A DNA stretch of 64,000 bases from IMG/VR virus record IMGVR_UViG_3300042874_000443, positions 1 to 64,000 of that record, one strand, 5' to 3'. Positions 1 to 9,020 of the stretch are shown here, one piece after another (position 1 is the stretch's first letter; every line of letters begins with the position of its first letter). This stretch comes from a virus. Made by a program: the position numbers and the translations under genes. Under the pieces are notes generated by a model. It saw only the letters and a list, made by a program, of their open reading frames with translations. It did no database searches and was not told where the DNA came from.

Positions 1-202
1 CCGATCCAACAGTGCCGCCTGTGACTGCCCCGCCGATCGACATCCCACCACCGCCCGCACCCAGCTGCAGGATCGTTCCGTCGCTCTTGCGTGCGAACAG
101 CTCCGAGACCCCAAGGACGAGCTTGGAGTACTGGACGATGGCATTCGCTACGGCCGGAGGGTCCGCCGTCGAGATCGCAACGATGTTCTTGTTTACGCCC
201 AT
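1..202 (-). CDS. Partial virion/tail-fibre-like protein (N-terminus; runs off window)
   Basis: Open frame MGVNKNIVAISTADPPAV...SELFARKSDGTILQLGAGGGG. Resembles the LFAYDSDNFLYQI segment of 14220..15632. TAAAAT lies 5 nt before the ATG. Confidence 0.55.
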   Translation of the reverse strand, partial: MGVNKNIVAISTADPPAVANAIVQYSKLVLGVSELFARKSDGTILQLGAGGGGMSIGGAVTGGTVGS

Positions 203-225
203 ACACAATTTTAGTGGAGAACCCT

Positions 226-438
226 GTGAAAGACCTCATTGAAGCCCTGACCATCCTCCTCAAGTACGGCAACCCGAGGAACCCGACGCACTGCGAGCAC
301 GACGTGTTGACCGTCTGTGGTATCGACCCCGAGAAGGTCGAAGCGGCGGACAAGAAGCGCCTCGACAAGCTCGGGTTCTTCGTGAGCGATGCAGACGGCG
401 ACCCGTGCTTTCAGTCGTTCCGTTTCGGGAGCGCGTGA
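226..438 (+). CDS. Hypothetical phage protein
   Basis: GGAGA RBS then GTG; MKDLIEALTILLKYGN...THCEHD. Confidence 0.7.
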   Translation: MKDLIEALTILLKYGNPRNPTHCEHDVLTVCGIDPEKVEAADKKRLDKLGFFVSDADGDPCFQSFRFGSA

Positions 439-758
439 TGGAACGCGAACCCAACATCTGGAAGGTCGTCCACAAGAAGGACGACGTCGAGACCGTCTAT
501 CTCGTGAGCGCGTTGTCGCAGCGTGATGCCGTCACGCAGGTGCTCGACGTGTTGTACGAGCGCAATTTCTTCCGCAAGGAAGACCCTGAGCGGCTCGCCA
601 ACGACCCGTTCGGCCTACTCGCCGCGGGTCAACATGGTTCGTGGACGAACACGAAGCTGATGAAGGACCACGGCATCTCGATGGGAGCTACGCTCTTCCA
701 GCCCGACCCGCCGTACAAGCTCTACACCCTCAACATGAAGACAGGAGCGATGACCTGA
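438..758 (+). CDS. Hypothetical protein
   Basis: TGATG coupling with the upstream gene. Confidence 0.65.
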   Translation: MEREPNIWKVVHKKDDVETVYLVSALSQRDAVTQVLDVLYERNFFRKEDPERLANDPFGLLAAGQHGSWTNTKLMKDHGISMGATLFQPDPPYKLYTLNMKTGAMT

Positions 759-1037
759 ATGAGGGTCGACCGTGTTGTGATGCACTCGTCGACGAGTGCA
801 ACGGTGTACTTGCAGCCCTCTTGGTGGGAGCGTTTGTTCGGTGCCAAGGTTCTCGTATGTGACATCGAACGGAAACGTGATGTCGACGAGGAGGGCGCGC
901 TCACGGGGCGCAGCAAACACACAGGGGAGAAGTTGGGTTGGATGCATTGGGGCTCGTTGATTCATCGAGCCCTGGAGTTTCAACCCGAGGCGTCTGAAGC
1001 CACGTCGTTGCCGGTGGCGAGGTCGTTGAAGCCATGA
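759..1037 (+). CDS. Hypothetical protein
   Basis: Operon-like spacing, AGGAG upstream. Confidence 0.65.
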   Translation: MRVDRVVMHSSTSATVYLQPSWWERLFGAKVLVCDIERKRDVDEEGALTGRSKHTGEKLGWMHWGSLIHRALEFQPEASEATSLPVARSLKP

Positions 1038-1363
1038 CGAAGCTCCTGCCCAAGCGAAACATCTGGGCAGTTCGTGACGATGCTGGCCTCGTGCACACTG
1101 CGTCGGTCACCCGCTTCGTCGACGGGAAAGACAACATCACCGCGTTGCACGTGTCGACGGGTTGTGTGGTTCGCGTCGCTCAGATGCGAAATTCGAATGG
1201 TGAGCCGTGGACACGTTTTCAGTTGCCCAGGGTACTCATCTACGCAGCATCTGAGAGCACCAACTACGAAGATGTCGCCGTTCCTCGCTTCACGATCGTC
1301 GAGTGGGATGTTCGCGCGACGCCGACGTGCTTCGGCTGCGTGATGGCGGAGCCGTTGTCATGA
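1034..1363 (+). CDS. H-C-CxxC Zn-finger family paralogue 1
   Basis: GLVH...GC...PTCFGC. Confidence 0.7.
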   Translation: MTKLLPKRNIWAVRDDAGLVHTASVTRFVDGKDNITALHVSTGCVVRVAQMRNSNGEPWTRFQLPRVLIYAASESTNYEDVAVPRFTIVEWDVRATPTCFGCVMAEPLS

Positions 1364-1845
1364 CGCAGCGCGTGTACGTCATCTATTACGAGCATCGGCA
1401 CGGAACGGACGTTTCGGCGTACGCAACACAACAGGCCGCAAACCGCGCACGCGCTGACCTCGTGATGGACAACCTCGTCAACGAAGTCACCGACGAGAAC
1501 ATCATCACCATCATCAAGCAGTGCTACATCGAGGGCGAGTTTGACCGTTGCTACGATCTCTACAAGGAGTGCGTGGAAGACGAGAACATTACCATCGAGG
1601 AGTGCCGGCTCAATGATGCTTCCGTCGAAGGACGGTTCGTCGTCGTTGATGTTGACAGCGAGCTTGCGCACGTGGTGGCTCTATGGCCATATGCAGGCGA
1701 ACATGGTCTCACGCTCTGCCAGAAACACTTCTGTTGGTGGCGGGAGGGGATGGAGCGCTTCGGCATTTGCCCGGCGTACCTACCACATGACGTCCGCACC
1801 GTGACGTGTCTGGAGTGCATCGCCGGTGAACAAGCGCCAACGTAA
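1360..1845 (+). CDS. H-C-CxxC family paralogue 2 (acidic N-terminal domain)
   Basis: ELAH...TLC...VTCLEC; ATGA overlap. Confidence 0.7.
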   Translation: MTQRVYVIYYEHRHGTDVSAYATQQAANRARADLVMDNLVNEVTDENIITIIKQCYIEGEFDRCYDLYKECVEDENITIEECRLNDASVEGRFVVVDVDSELAHVVALWPYAGEHGLTLCQKHFCWWREGMERFGICPAYLPHDVRTVTCLECIAGEQAPT

Positions 1846-2254
1846 GAAGCGGCTCAAGAAGATCACGAACTACATGTCCGGGTTCCTCCGGGACGCGCTG
1901 AAGCACAAGATCGGTGAACAGTTGAACGCCGCGCGAATGCTCGAAGTTCAGACCATCATCGGCGACACCATCAAGGCGAAGCTCGCGCAGCCGTCGTTCG
2001 TTCATCAGATCTTGGAACCTATGCCGACGTACACGGCGCCCTTTCGTATGTGGCGCGAGCTTGGCGCAGGTCAGCTCACCCATCACGTAGGTGTGTACCC
2101 GTACATCCGTGGCGATGGTTCCACCATCTGGAAGCGCCTCTGTGATGATGCGACCGTCGACGAAACCTTCATCTTGTCCAACGACGAAGCGGTCAACTGC
2201 TTCGGATGTCTCGCCAAGGAGGACATCATCTATGCCTCCAAGACTGATCTCTGA
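1826..2254 (+). CDS. H-C-CxxC family paralogue 3
   Basis: QLTH...RLC...VNCFGC; basic MNKRQRKK N-terminus. Confidence 0.7.
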   Translation: MNKRQRKKRLKKITNYMSGFLRDALKHKIGEQLNAARMLEVQTIIGDTIKAKLAQPSFVHQILEPMPTYTAPFRMWRELGAGQLTHHVGVYPYIRGDGSTIWKRLCDDATVDETFILSNDEAVNCFGCLAKEDIIYASKTDL

Positions 2255-2447
2255 TCGCTTCCTCGACCGGCGCACGGGCATCGTGCACCTCGGCGAGAAG
2301 AACGAACGCGACATGCGTTCGGAATGGCCGTGGTTCAAGTGCGGCCTGATGACGGGCTTCACCGAAGCGACCGAGCTACCGCTCACGTGTATGGGTTGTG
2401 CGGCCGACGTGTCGATGCACGACTGGATGAAGGGTCCCCACGAGTGA
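2232..2447 (+). CDS. H-C-CxxC family paralogue 4
   Basis: GIVH...KCG...LTCMGC. Confidence 0.7.
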   Translation: MPPRLISDRFLDRRTGIVHLGEKNERDMRSEWPWFKCGLMTGFTEATELPLTCMGCAADVSMHDWMKGPHE

Positions 2448-2647
2448 GTGAACAACACGTCGACTGGGCCGAGGTCAAGCTAGCCCGATACGGATATGTC
2501 ACTGGACACGATGGGTTACTCCATCGCGCCAAGCATGACGGTACCACTGCATGTGGTATGGGCCGGTCCCAGAATCCGACGTATCACGACGCGGGCCCTG
2601 CCACATGTCTCCGTTGCCTGGCAAGCAGACCGTGGGGTGATTTCTAG
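2444..2647 (+). CDS. H-C-CxxC family paralogue 5
   Basis: GLLH...ACG...ATCLRC. Confidence 0.7.
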   Translation: MSEQHVDWAEVKLARYGYVTGHDGLLHRAKHDGTTACGMGRSQNPTYHDAGPATCLRCLASRPWGDF

Positions 2648-2674
2648 GGCTCTGTTTATCGTATCAACGTAGCC

Positions 2675-2690
2675 CTTGACGGAGGTCAAG
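2675..2690. promoter_or_regulatory. Palindrome CTTGAC-ggag-GTCAAG upstream of HTH gene (possible operator)
   Basis: Perfect 6-bp inverted repeat containing TTGAC in an intergenic gap. Confidence 0.35.
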
Positions 2691-2710
2691 CACTATGACA
2701 AAAAAAGCGC

Positions 2711-2968
2711 ATGTCCAAGAACAACGGAAAGACTGCGAAGGCTCCGTACCCGTACGAGTCGTTCGTGAAGAACTGGCAGAAGAGCGCGAACATCGCGGAG
2801 GTCGTCGCTGCAACGGGCCTGTCGCGCAACACGGTGTCGGCGATGTCGACCCGCCTCCGCAAGGAGGGCGTCAAGCTCAAGATGATGCCGCGTCGTACAG
2901 CACGTCCGATCGACGTGAACGTGCTGAACAAGATCGCGAAGGACGCGGCTCCGTCGAAGAGCGCGTAG
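2711..2968 (+). CDS. Small basic HTH DNA-binding protein
   Basis: NIAEVVAATGLSRNTVSAMSTRLRKEG helix-turn-helix pattern. Confidence 0.65.
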   Translation: MSKNNGKTAKAPYPYESFVKNWQKSANIAEVVAATGLSRNTVSAMSTRLRKEGVKLKMMPRRTARPIDVNVLNKIAKDAAPSKSA

Positions 2969-2991
2969 AGCGCCTAGGGCACGTCAGCTAC

Positions 2992-3180
2992 GTGGGCGAC
3001 CACGTGTGCTTCGTACGAGATGAAGGCGGGGTCGTTCACATCGAACGGCCCCGTCATCATTTGCCCATCTGCCACGAGAACCGGCTCACCACAGGCTGGG
3101 ACGTCGTGTATCCCTGGCGCGACGCGTTCCCCACGTGCATGGAGTGCATCGTGATGGCGCCGGAGTACTACAACCTGTGA
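2992..3180 (+). CDS. H-C-CxxC family paralogue 6
   Basis: GVVH...PIC...PTCMEC. Confidence 0.65.
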   Translation: MGDHVCFVRDEGGVVHIERPRHHLPICHENRLTTGWDVVYPWRDAFPTCMECIVMAPEYYNL

Positions 3181-3359
3181 TCGTCGACTTCGACACCTAC
3201 CGTGTTGACGCGCGCGGGCTGGTTCACGGCGCGCATTACGGCAAAGGCTTCGACAGCAACATCTACCTGTGGTGCGGCCTCGAAGGCGGCAACGAGATGG
3301 ACCCCGCAGACGAGGACATGCTCACATGTTTGCTGTGCATCGGAAAGCGAGGTGAGTGA
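3177..3359 (+). CDS. H-C-CxxC family paralogue 7
   Basis: GLVH...WCG...LTCLLC. Confidence 0.7.
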   Translation: MIVDFDTYRVDARGLVHGAHYGKGFDSNIYLWCGLEGGNEMDPADEDMLTCLLCIGKRGE

Positions 3360-3928
3360 TGGGTGACATTGTTTGCTGTCCGCTTCAAGGCAACGACGGC
3401 GAGGGTCCCTCGTGCCACGCGCAGACGGTTCGCACTGCCCGTAAGGAGCACGTGTGCAGTGAGTGCGGTGAGACCATCACCAAAGGCACGAAGTACGATT
3501 ACTCGAGCGGTATCTGGGACGGTCGTGCCGAGTCGTACAAGACGTGCCTCCTGTGCGTCGAGATTCGCGATCACTTTGCGTGTGAGGGCTGGATCTACGA
3601 ACAGCTCTGGGGCGACCTGCAGGAGAACTTCTTCCCGGATATGAAGTGCGGCGGCCAATGCATGACCGGGCTGTCCCCCGATGCGAAGAGAAAGCTGATC
3701 GACGCTCGGATGGAATGGTATTTCGATCAGGACGAGATCAACGACGATGCGTGGGAGGACTGGCCCAAGAACAAGGACGTTCAACGCCCACGTTACGAGA
3801 AGCCTGTCGTCGAGGAGAAGGACGACTACTACAGCCTGCCCGAGGTCTACTGGCCGGAGCGCCTGAAGCAGGAAGAGATGATGCGGAAGTACTACGAGGA
3901 AGAGGAGAAGAAGAACAATGGCCGTTGA
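3359..3928 (+). CDS. Zn-binding phage protein (ARKEHxCxEC...YKTCxxC family)
   Basis: TARKEHVCSECGETI..GTKY..SGIWDG...KTCLLC, a widespread phage motif. Confidence 0.7.
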   Translation: MGDIVCCPLQGNDGEGPSCHAQTVRTARKEHVCSECGETITKGTKYDYSSGIWDGRAESYKTCLLCVEIRDHFACEGWIYEQLWGDLQENFFPDMKCGGQCMTGLSPDAKRKLIDARMEWYFDQDEINDDAWEDWPKNKDVQRPRYEKPVVEEKDDYYSLPEVYWPERLKQEEMMRKYYEEEEKKNNGR

Positions 3929-4196
3929 TCCAAACCATCAAGTCGTCGCCGTGCGTCCTGAGTACTGCAACGGCGCAGGTCCCGCACGCAAGCACACCGT
4001 GTTCGTGCGGCTCGGTGATGGCAGCGACGTGACGGCGGAAGACCTCATCGCGCTCATTGAGGCGGGCGCGGCCTACCACATGATTCCGCCCGAGGGCGCA
4101 CCGGCTTACGAGGCGCACCTTGCGTCTGGCGGACTCCCTCTTATCTTGCAGGTACGCGTGTGCGACCTGTGCTTCAAGAAGGTTCTGTTCGCATGA
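3918..4196 (+). CDS. Hypothetical protein
   Basis: Coupled ORF with C-terminal CxxC. Confidence 0.6.
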   Translation: MAVDPNHQVVAVRPEYCNGAGPARKHTVFVRLGDGSDVTAEDLIALIEAGAAYHMIPPEGAPAYEAHLASGGLPLILQVRVCDLCFKKVLFA

Positions 4197-4465
4197 AGAG
4201 CGTCGACTACGTCTTCGACCCGCCGCTGTTCCTCATCATCCTGGGTTCAGCTCTCACGTATCTCTGCATCGGCGGGTTCACGTGGGGACTGACACCAGAA
4301 CGCTGGAACAACCCCTACAACTTCCCGGCGAAGCACGTCACCAGCATTTTCTGGCCGGCGACGCTCGCGGGCTACATCATCTATCGCATCGCGACGTTCG
4401 GTCCTCGTCTCATCAAGACGCTGCGTGAACGCAACAAGATCCCTCGAGCGGAGATCCACCAATGA
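4193..4465 (+). CDS. Small membrane protein
   Basis: Two hydrophobic segments, FWP motif. Confidence 0.65.
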   Translation: MKSVDYVFDPPLFLIILGSALTYLCIGGFTWGLTPERWNNPYNFPAKHVTSIFWPATLAGYIIYRIATFGPRLIKTLRERNKIPRAEIHQ

Positions 4466-4809
4466 GCGATGACGTCGACGAGTACATCAAGAAGAACCGC
4501 CGACGCAACGCTCGTTGGAAGACGGTCGGCTCTGTCGCTTCCACGACGGGCATTCTCCTCTGCGTCGCCGCGTTCCTCTTCGTGCAGTGCAACGGTTGCA
4601 AGGTCGGCGACGACCGCGCGATCGAAGCCGTCGAAGCCGCGGGCATGAAGAACGTCAAGCTCGGCGGCATGGACGCGTGGGCGTGTGGTGAGAGCGAGGG
4701 CTCGCGTCACTTCACCGCAACGAACCCACTTGGTGCCCAGGTCGAGGGCACGGTGTGTTGCGGCCTTACCGGCTGCGGTAAGGGCTGCACGATCCGCTGG
4801 GGTCGATGA
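4462..4809 (+). CDS. Membrane-anchored Cys-rich phage protein
   Basis: TM helix then ACG..FTATNP.G..V.GTVCCG...KGCTIRW. Confidence 0.65.
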   Translation: MSDDVDEYIKKNRRRNARWKTVGSVASTTGILLCVAAFLFVQCNGCKVGDDRAIEAVEAAGMKNVKLGGMDAWACGESEGSRHFTATNPLGAQVEGTVCCGLTGCGKGCTIRWGR

Positions 4810-5336
4810 CCTGGTGGCTCGTACCTGCGGGCCTCCTCGCGGGCGGATTCCTCTGGTTGTTGTTGCGGCGGATGCTCTTCGAAGACGACATCGCGACGAA
4901 GCACGTCAAGGAAGCGCATGCCCGCGCAGCGTTCTCGATCACCTGTGCCGAGCGAGAGATTCTCGAGGAGGATCTCAAGCGACAGCCCTATCCGCCGCCC
5001 CCGATGAAACCCGGCGAGTCGCCGTGGGATTGGACGCGCCGAGCCGCGGACGCGGGCTACATCAAGCTCAAGCCCTGGGAGCCGCCGTGGGGGTACCTTC
5101 GTATGCGTGAAGAAACTAAGAACGGCGTCGACATCACAATCAGCGTCAAGCTCTGGACCACGAACATCGAAGGCGTCCTCCATCGCGTGGGGCGTCTCCC
5201 TGTCGTGAGTGGTTCGTCGACGCCGGTGCTGCTCTGCGATACAACCACACGCGTGACGACACCGATCGTCGAGTACGATCGGGAGCGTTGCCCTCTCATC
5301 ACGTGCCTTCGTTGCATCGTGAACATAAAGGACTAG
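4806..5336 (+). CDS. H-C-CxxC family paralogue 8 (N-terminal TM anchor)
   Basis: TM helix; GVLH...LLC...ITCLRC. Confidence 0.7.
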   Translation: MTWWLVPAGLLAGGFLWLLLRRMLFEDDIATKHVKEAHARAAFSITCAEREILEEDLKRQPYPPPPMKPGESPWDWTRRAADAGYIKLKPWEPPWGYLRMREETKNGVDITISVKLWTTNIEGVLHRVGRLPVVSGSSTPVLLCDTTTRVTTPIVEYDRERCPLITCLRCIVNIKD

Positions 5337-5630
5337 ATGACCGACGAGCAGAAAGGCGTCCAAGCGTGCATCGACATCGTCAAGCGACGTCAGCAGTACT
5401 ACGAAAGCTACCGCTGCAACTGCAATCGTATCGCCCAGCTCGATGGTCATGCCGTCGGTTGTCGCGCTGAGATGATGGAGACGAAGCCTGCGACGTTCGC
5501 CACGCTCGACGACATCCTCGTTCATCTCGAGGCGCACCTTGGGCGACTGCAGAATCCTGCGCCACCGCCACGCACGTCGGCGTGCGGCTGCATCAACGGC
5601 TGCAAGGCTTGGGACTGCCAGAACCTGTGA
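5337..5630 (+). CDS. Cys-rich hypothetical protein
   Basis: CNC...H..GC and CGC..GC..WDC. Confidence 0.6.
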   Translation: MTDEQKGVQACIDIVKRRQQYYESYRCNCNRIAQLDGHAVGCRAEMMETKPATFATLDDILVHLEAHLGRLQNPAPPPRTSACGCINGCKAWDCQNL

Positions 5631-5818
5631 ATTCGTCGCCTCGACGTGGTGACTGGACCGTCGTTGACGGCGCCGGCGTCGTTCACATCGTGAACTTTCC
5701 TGGACGCAGCGCCATGGCGTACAAGACTTGGTGCGGTCGTTCCTTCGGGAGCGACGAGATCCAGGCCGGCACTCGCATTCCTACGTGTCTCGAATGCATC
5801 TCCTGGGAGAACCGATGA
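5627..5818 (+). CDS. H-C-CxxC family paralogue 9
   Basis: GVVH...WCG...PTCLEC. Confidence 0.7.
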   Translation: MNSSPRRGDWTVVDGAGVVHIVNFPGRSAMAYKTWCGRSFGSDEIQAGTRIPTCLECISWENR

Positions 5819-6066
5819 GCGCAATCGAAGACAAGGCTGCCCAGTGGCAGCCACCACTTCTCCTGCCCTCCGCCTTCCGGTGGAGGGATATCGCCACGCA
5901 GCTCGTACATCACGGCGCCGTGGTTCAACGCAGTGACGGGCGTGTGCTGGGCTACACCATCCTCTGTACCGAAACACTCGGCTTCCAGTGGAAGGAGCCT
6001 CCCCCCGATGAGGACGCGATGATCAACTGCCTTCAGTGCTTGGGTGCACGGGAGCAAGACGAATGA
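5815..6066 (+). CDS. H-C-CxxC family paralogue 10
   Basis: QLVH...ILC...INCLQC. Confidence 0.7.
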   Translation: MSAIEDKAAQWQPPLLLPSAFRWRDIATQLVHHGAVVQRSDGRVLGYTILCTETLGFQWKEPPPDEDAMINCLQCLGAREQDE

Positions 6067-6593
6067 CTCGTCCCCTTGGACGTGATCGTTGGAGCTTCTT
6101 GCACAATGCTGACCATGGTGACCAGCTCATTCACAGTGTGCTTGCGATGTACGACCCAACGTACAAGCAGCGTGGCGAGATGATCGTGCCTGTTCTTGGC
6201 ATCACTGAGTGTGGCATCTACGTCAAGCTTTTGAATGACACCACAGCGGTTGCTGAGCAGGGCGTCTACCTGGACGACAAACACACGGTGACGTGTATGC
6301 GTTGTGCGTCTGGCGTCTGCCACGACGGTATCAGCTTTCGGCAGGCTCAGAAGGAAGCGTTGTTCGGCGAACGCTACGGGCGCAAGTCGTACAATCATCC
6401 TGTGCAATCGAGTGCCGCAATGATACGCGGACACCAAGCTCATCGTACGTTGATCGACGAGGTTCAGAACATCGACTACGCCACGCTCGAGAAGCAGTGC
6501 GCGGAAGTCTACAAGAGGCTCATGGAATCGTACAAGATCCCATCAGAGTGGTGGATGGCTGCAGCGCTGGCCAAGCTGCCCGACCCGGTATGA
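6063..6593 (+). CDS. H-C-CxxC family paralogue 11 (C-terminal extension)
   Basis: QLIH...ECG...VTCMRC. Confidence 0.7.
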   Translation: MTRPLGRDRWSFLHNADHGDQLIHSVLAMYDPTYKQRGEMIVPVLGITECGIYVKLLNDTTAVAEQGVYLDDKHTVTCMRCASGVCHDGISFRQAQKEALFGERYGRKSYNHPVQSSAAMIRGHQAHRTLIDEVQNIDYATLEKQCAEVYKRLMESYKIPSEWWMAAALAKLPDPV

Positions 6594-6838
6594 CGTTGTA
6601 CAGCCGTGAGAACATGTTGTGGCTCTGGCTCGATCCGCTACGAAAACTCAAGCACCATGTCGTCAAGATGGTCTATGGAACGCCGCAAGGCGTTGACGTC
6701 GTTGAGTACGAGACGTACTGCAAGCACGCCGTGACTGTCGACGATGTCAACCCCCAGACCAAGGTGACGGGAGAGCCAACGTGCCTGCGTTGTATCGTTG
6801 CTGTGCCTCTTGATGACGTGTTACCTACCGAGGAGTGA
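6590..6838 (+). CDS. H-C-CxxC family paralogue 12
   Basis: KLKH...TYC...PTCLRC. Confidence 0.7.
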   Translation: MTLYSRENMLWLWLDPLRKLKHHVVKMVYGTPQGVDVVEYETYCKHAVTVDDVNPQTKVTGEPTCLRCIVAVPLDDVLPTEE

Positions 6839-7047
6839 ACGCATGGAACAACGGCAAGCCCCTTGGCGTGCCCTTCTTCGGCAACAAGGGCAGCGCGCGG
6901 GAATTCGCCAAGAAGGGCGACAAGGCCAAGCGGCTCGCCATGATCAAACGGCGCCATCGCGTTTGGTTGCGTCAGCAGGCGGAGGACACCGTGCCGCTCG
7001 AGGACGAAAGCGCGGGTGGCGGTTCCGACGAGGTGTGGTTCGACTAG
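6835..7047 (+). CDS. Small basic hypothetical protein
   Basis: GTGA overlap, GAGGA RBS. Confidence 0.55.
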   Translation: MNAWNNGKPLGVPFFGNKGSAREFAKKGDKAKRLAMIKRRHRVWLRQQAEDTVPLEDESAGGGSDEVWFD

Positions 7048-7412
7048 AGCCCGCCGTCGAGGGCGCACACGGGGACCTCAACTACTGGGACGAGGTCTAC
7101 GACGACAGCCTGCATGACGAGGGAGCACACCACGCGGACTGTGAATACTGCGGCACGACGGGCGAATGGTGGGCGCCGACAATGCCGCCTCGTGCGTTTC
7201 TGCAAAACGGACTCGTCCACATGACGACGCTTTGGGATGGAACGCAGGCGTACTGTGGTGCACCCGCGGTGCCTTACGGCGTGACGCTCCACTCGACGGA
7301 CGCCGTGCACGCCTACGCGCGGCAACTTTCAGCGGAGGCGGGCGAGGTCACGTGCTTCGAGTGCATCGTGCGTGACTTTGATCTCGAGCCACGCGGGCGC
7401 TGGCGACGCTAA
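7035..7412 (+). CDS. H-C-CxxC family paralogue 13
   Basis: Extra CEYC; GLVH...YCG...VTCFEC. Confidence 0.7.
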   Translation: MVRLEPAVEGAHGDLNYWDEVYDDSLHDEGAHHADCEYCGTTGEWWAPTMPPRAFLQNGLVHMTTLWDGTQAYCGAPAVPYGVTLHSTDAVHAYARQLSAEAGEVTCFECIVRDFDLEPRGRWRR

Positions 7413-7427
7413 CAACAAGGAGGACCG

Positions 7428-7685
7428 ATGGCGGAAGAAGACGACCGCTGGGCTCTCGAGCATCTGAAGGATTGTGACGAACGAGAGAGTTCGTTCGGCG
7501 TCGGCACGTTTCGCTGGAAAGGCGAAGACGGGCTCGTGCACCGTGTGACGTGGTCACGCGGGACGCGTGGATGGTCGCGAGTGTGTGATGGTGTTGCGGT
7601 GGACCGCAAGGCGCTCAATGCGAAGGACCCGCACGACGACCCTGGCGCGGTGACGTGCTTCGCGTGCCTCGGCAATGGCGCCTGA
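7428..7685 (+). CDS. H-C-CxxC family paralogue 14
   Basis: AAGGAGG RBS; DGLVH...RVC...VTCFAC. Confidence 0.75.
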   Translation: MAEEDDRWALEHLKDCDERESSFGVGTFRWKGEDGLVHRVTWSRGTRGWSRVCDGVAVDRKALNAKDPHDDPGAVTCFACLGNGA

Positions 7686-7959
7686 AGCGTACACGCCTGG
7701 TTGGAAGGGTCCTGATGGGCTCGTCCACATCGCAGGCACGCACATTCGTTCGTGCGTGTTCGCCGAGTGCGGCATCGTCATCGCGACGGGTGCCAAGGAC
7801 GGACGGGACTGGCCGGAGTACGAGGTTTCGACCGATGTTCCGACGTGCTTGATGTGCATCGGAAGCGCGGTCGACTACTTGCCGTGGACCGCACATCAAG
7901 AGGTGGGCATCGGTGTCATCAACGTCAACGCGTTGTCGAAGCTCAACCTCAAGCTTTGA
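7675..7959 (+). CDS. H-C-CxxC family paralogue 15
   Basis: WKGPDGLVH...ECG...PTCLMC. Confidence 0.75.
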   Translation: MAPEAYTPGWKGPDGLVHIAGTHIRSCVFAECGIVIATGAKDGRDWPEYEVSTDVPTCLMCIGSAVDYLPWTAHQEVGIGVINVNALSKLNLKL

Positions 7960-8168
7960 TGTGGTATGTACCAGACATGCCTGCACCGATTGTCCCGGCC
8001 ACGATGGCAACCAGTCAGATCGTTCAGCTTCTCGACTGGTCCAAGTTGAAGAACTATATGTACCCTCCGTCGGCGGAGCCGTACCCAACAGACCTGCGGA
8101 TGATCGTCGACGCGATGATGGCGCAGCTTTGTACCGAGCTGGACCGTCGCGTTCCGATTCCGGCCTAG
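7959..8168 (+). CDS. Hypothetical protein
   Basis: TGATG coupling; last gene of the array. Confidence 0.55.
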   Translation: MWYVPDMPAPIVPATMATSQIVQLLDWSKLKNYMYPPSAEPYPTDLRMIVDAMMAQLCTELDRRVPIPA

Positions 8169-8692
8169 CTCTGGCTGCGCTTCGCTCGTTCTTTTTTGAT
8201 CCAACGAGCGCGGTGCAAGCGGACTTCGGGGATCGTGCAGATGTCGACATCGCGGCTACCGCGCACGCGCATGACAGGACCTTCGGCGCAGGCGTTGATC
8301 AACGTGTAGCCGCCGCCGTAGCCGAGTAGGGCGCAGCGCTCATCGCCTCGGCACGCGCGATACCAGTCCTGCAGGTGCTTGGCACCGATGAGGTAGCCCT
8401 CGAACAACGTCTGCGGCACGCACTTCGTTTCCATGATCGGCTGCATTACGCCGCATGCGGTCTTGCCCCTGACCACTGGGCCCACCACGTCGGTCTTGTA
8501 GCGGCTCTCGAAGAACGCAGTGCTGAGCAGTAGATCGGCATCGACTTCGTAGATGGCTGCCGACACGCGTGCGGCCATCAGGTTCTCCATCGCAGTCTCC
8601 GCGGTCAGGTATCGAGGCGCTGTTCGTTGCAGTGCCTCGGCCTCGTCCGATGTTGTGAACAGCGACAGGAACACCGTGATGATGTACGACAT
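8165..8692 (-). CDS. Lytic transglycosylase (SLT domain) with N-terminal signal/anchor
   Basis: LLSTAFFESRY catalytic Glu, CGVMQ, GAKHL and ALLGY motifs. Confidence 0.75.
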   Translation of the reverse strand: MSYIITVFLSLFTTSDEAEALQRTAPRYLTAETAMENLMAARVSAAIYEVDADLLLSTAFFESRYKTDVVGPVVRGKTACGVMQPIMETKCVPQTLFEGYLIGAKHLQDWYRACRGDERCALLGYGGGYTLINACAEGPVMRVRGSRDVDICTIPEVRLHRARWIKKERAKRSQS

Positions 8693-8711
8693 GCGGCGGA
8701 CCCTAACATGA

Positions 8712-9020
8712 TCACGTACTGGATGGCGGATGTGATGGTCCGGGCCGATCCCAGTCATCAAGCACGATGAACTGGTGAAATGCGCACGGTGGAAAAGGAC
8801 ATACATCGCTAGGTGTTACGATGCCGCCTTTGACCACGGTGTGATTGCTACCGAGTAGAGCAACCTTGCCGCATGTTGGGCAACACAGCTCTGCCCAGTA
8901 GGTGTTTGGGCGTCCGTTGCTGGCGCAGTGCGTAGCCCAGAATTCCAAGACACGTCGATAGGTTCCTGGGAGATGTGGATAGACCTGCTCGTTCGCGATC
9001 CGCTTGAAGCGGTACGTCAT
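8712..9020 (-). CDS. DUF6527-like Zn-binding protein
   Basis: CPTC...VTPSDVC...CAFHQFI. Confidence 0.5.
   Translation of the reverse strand: MTYRFKRIANEQVYPHLPGTYRRVLEFWATHCASNGRPNTYWAELCCPTCGKVALLGSNHTVVKGGIVTPSDVCPFPPCAFHQFIVLDDWDRPGPSHPPSST

Noticed and set aside
1034-7959. Diversity-generating retroelement or CRISPR-like array as the source of the repeated Zn motif
   Set aside because: The similarity is at protein level only; there are no long near-identical DNA repeats, no adenine-specific variation, and no reverse transcriptase or cas gene in the window.
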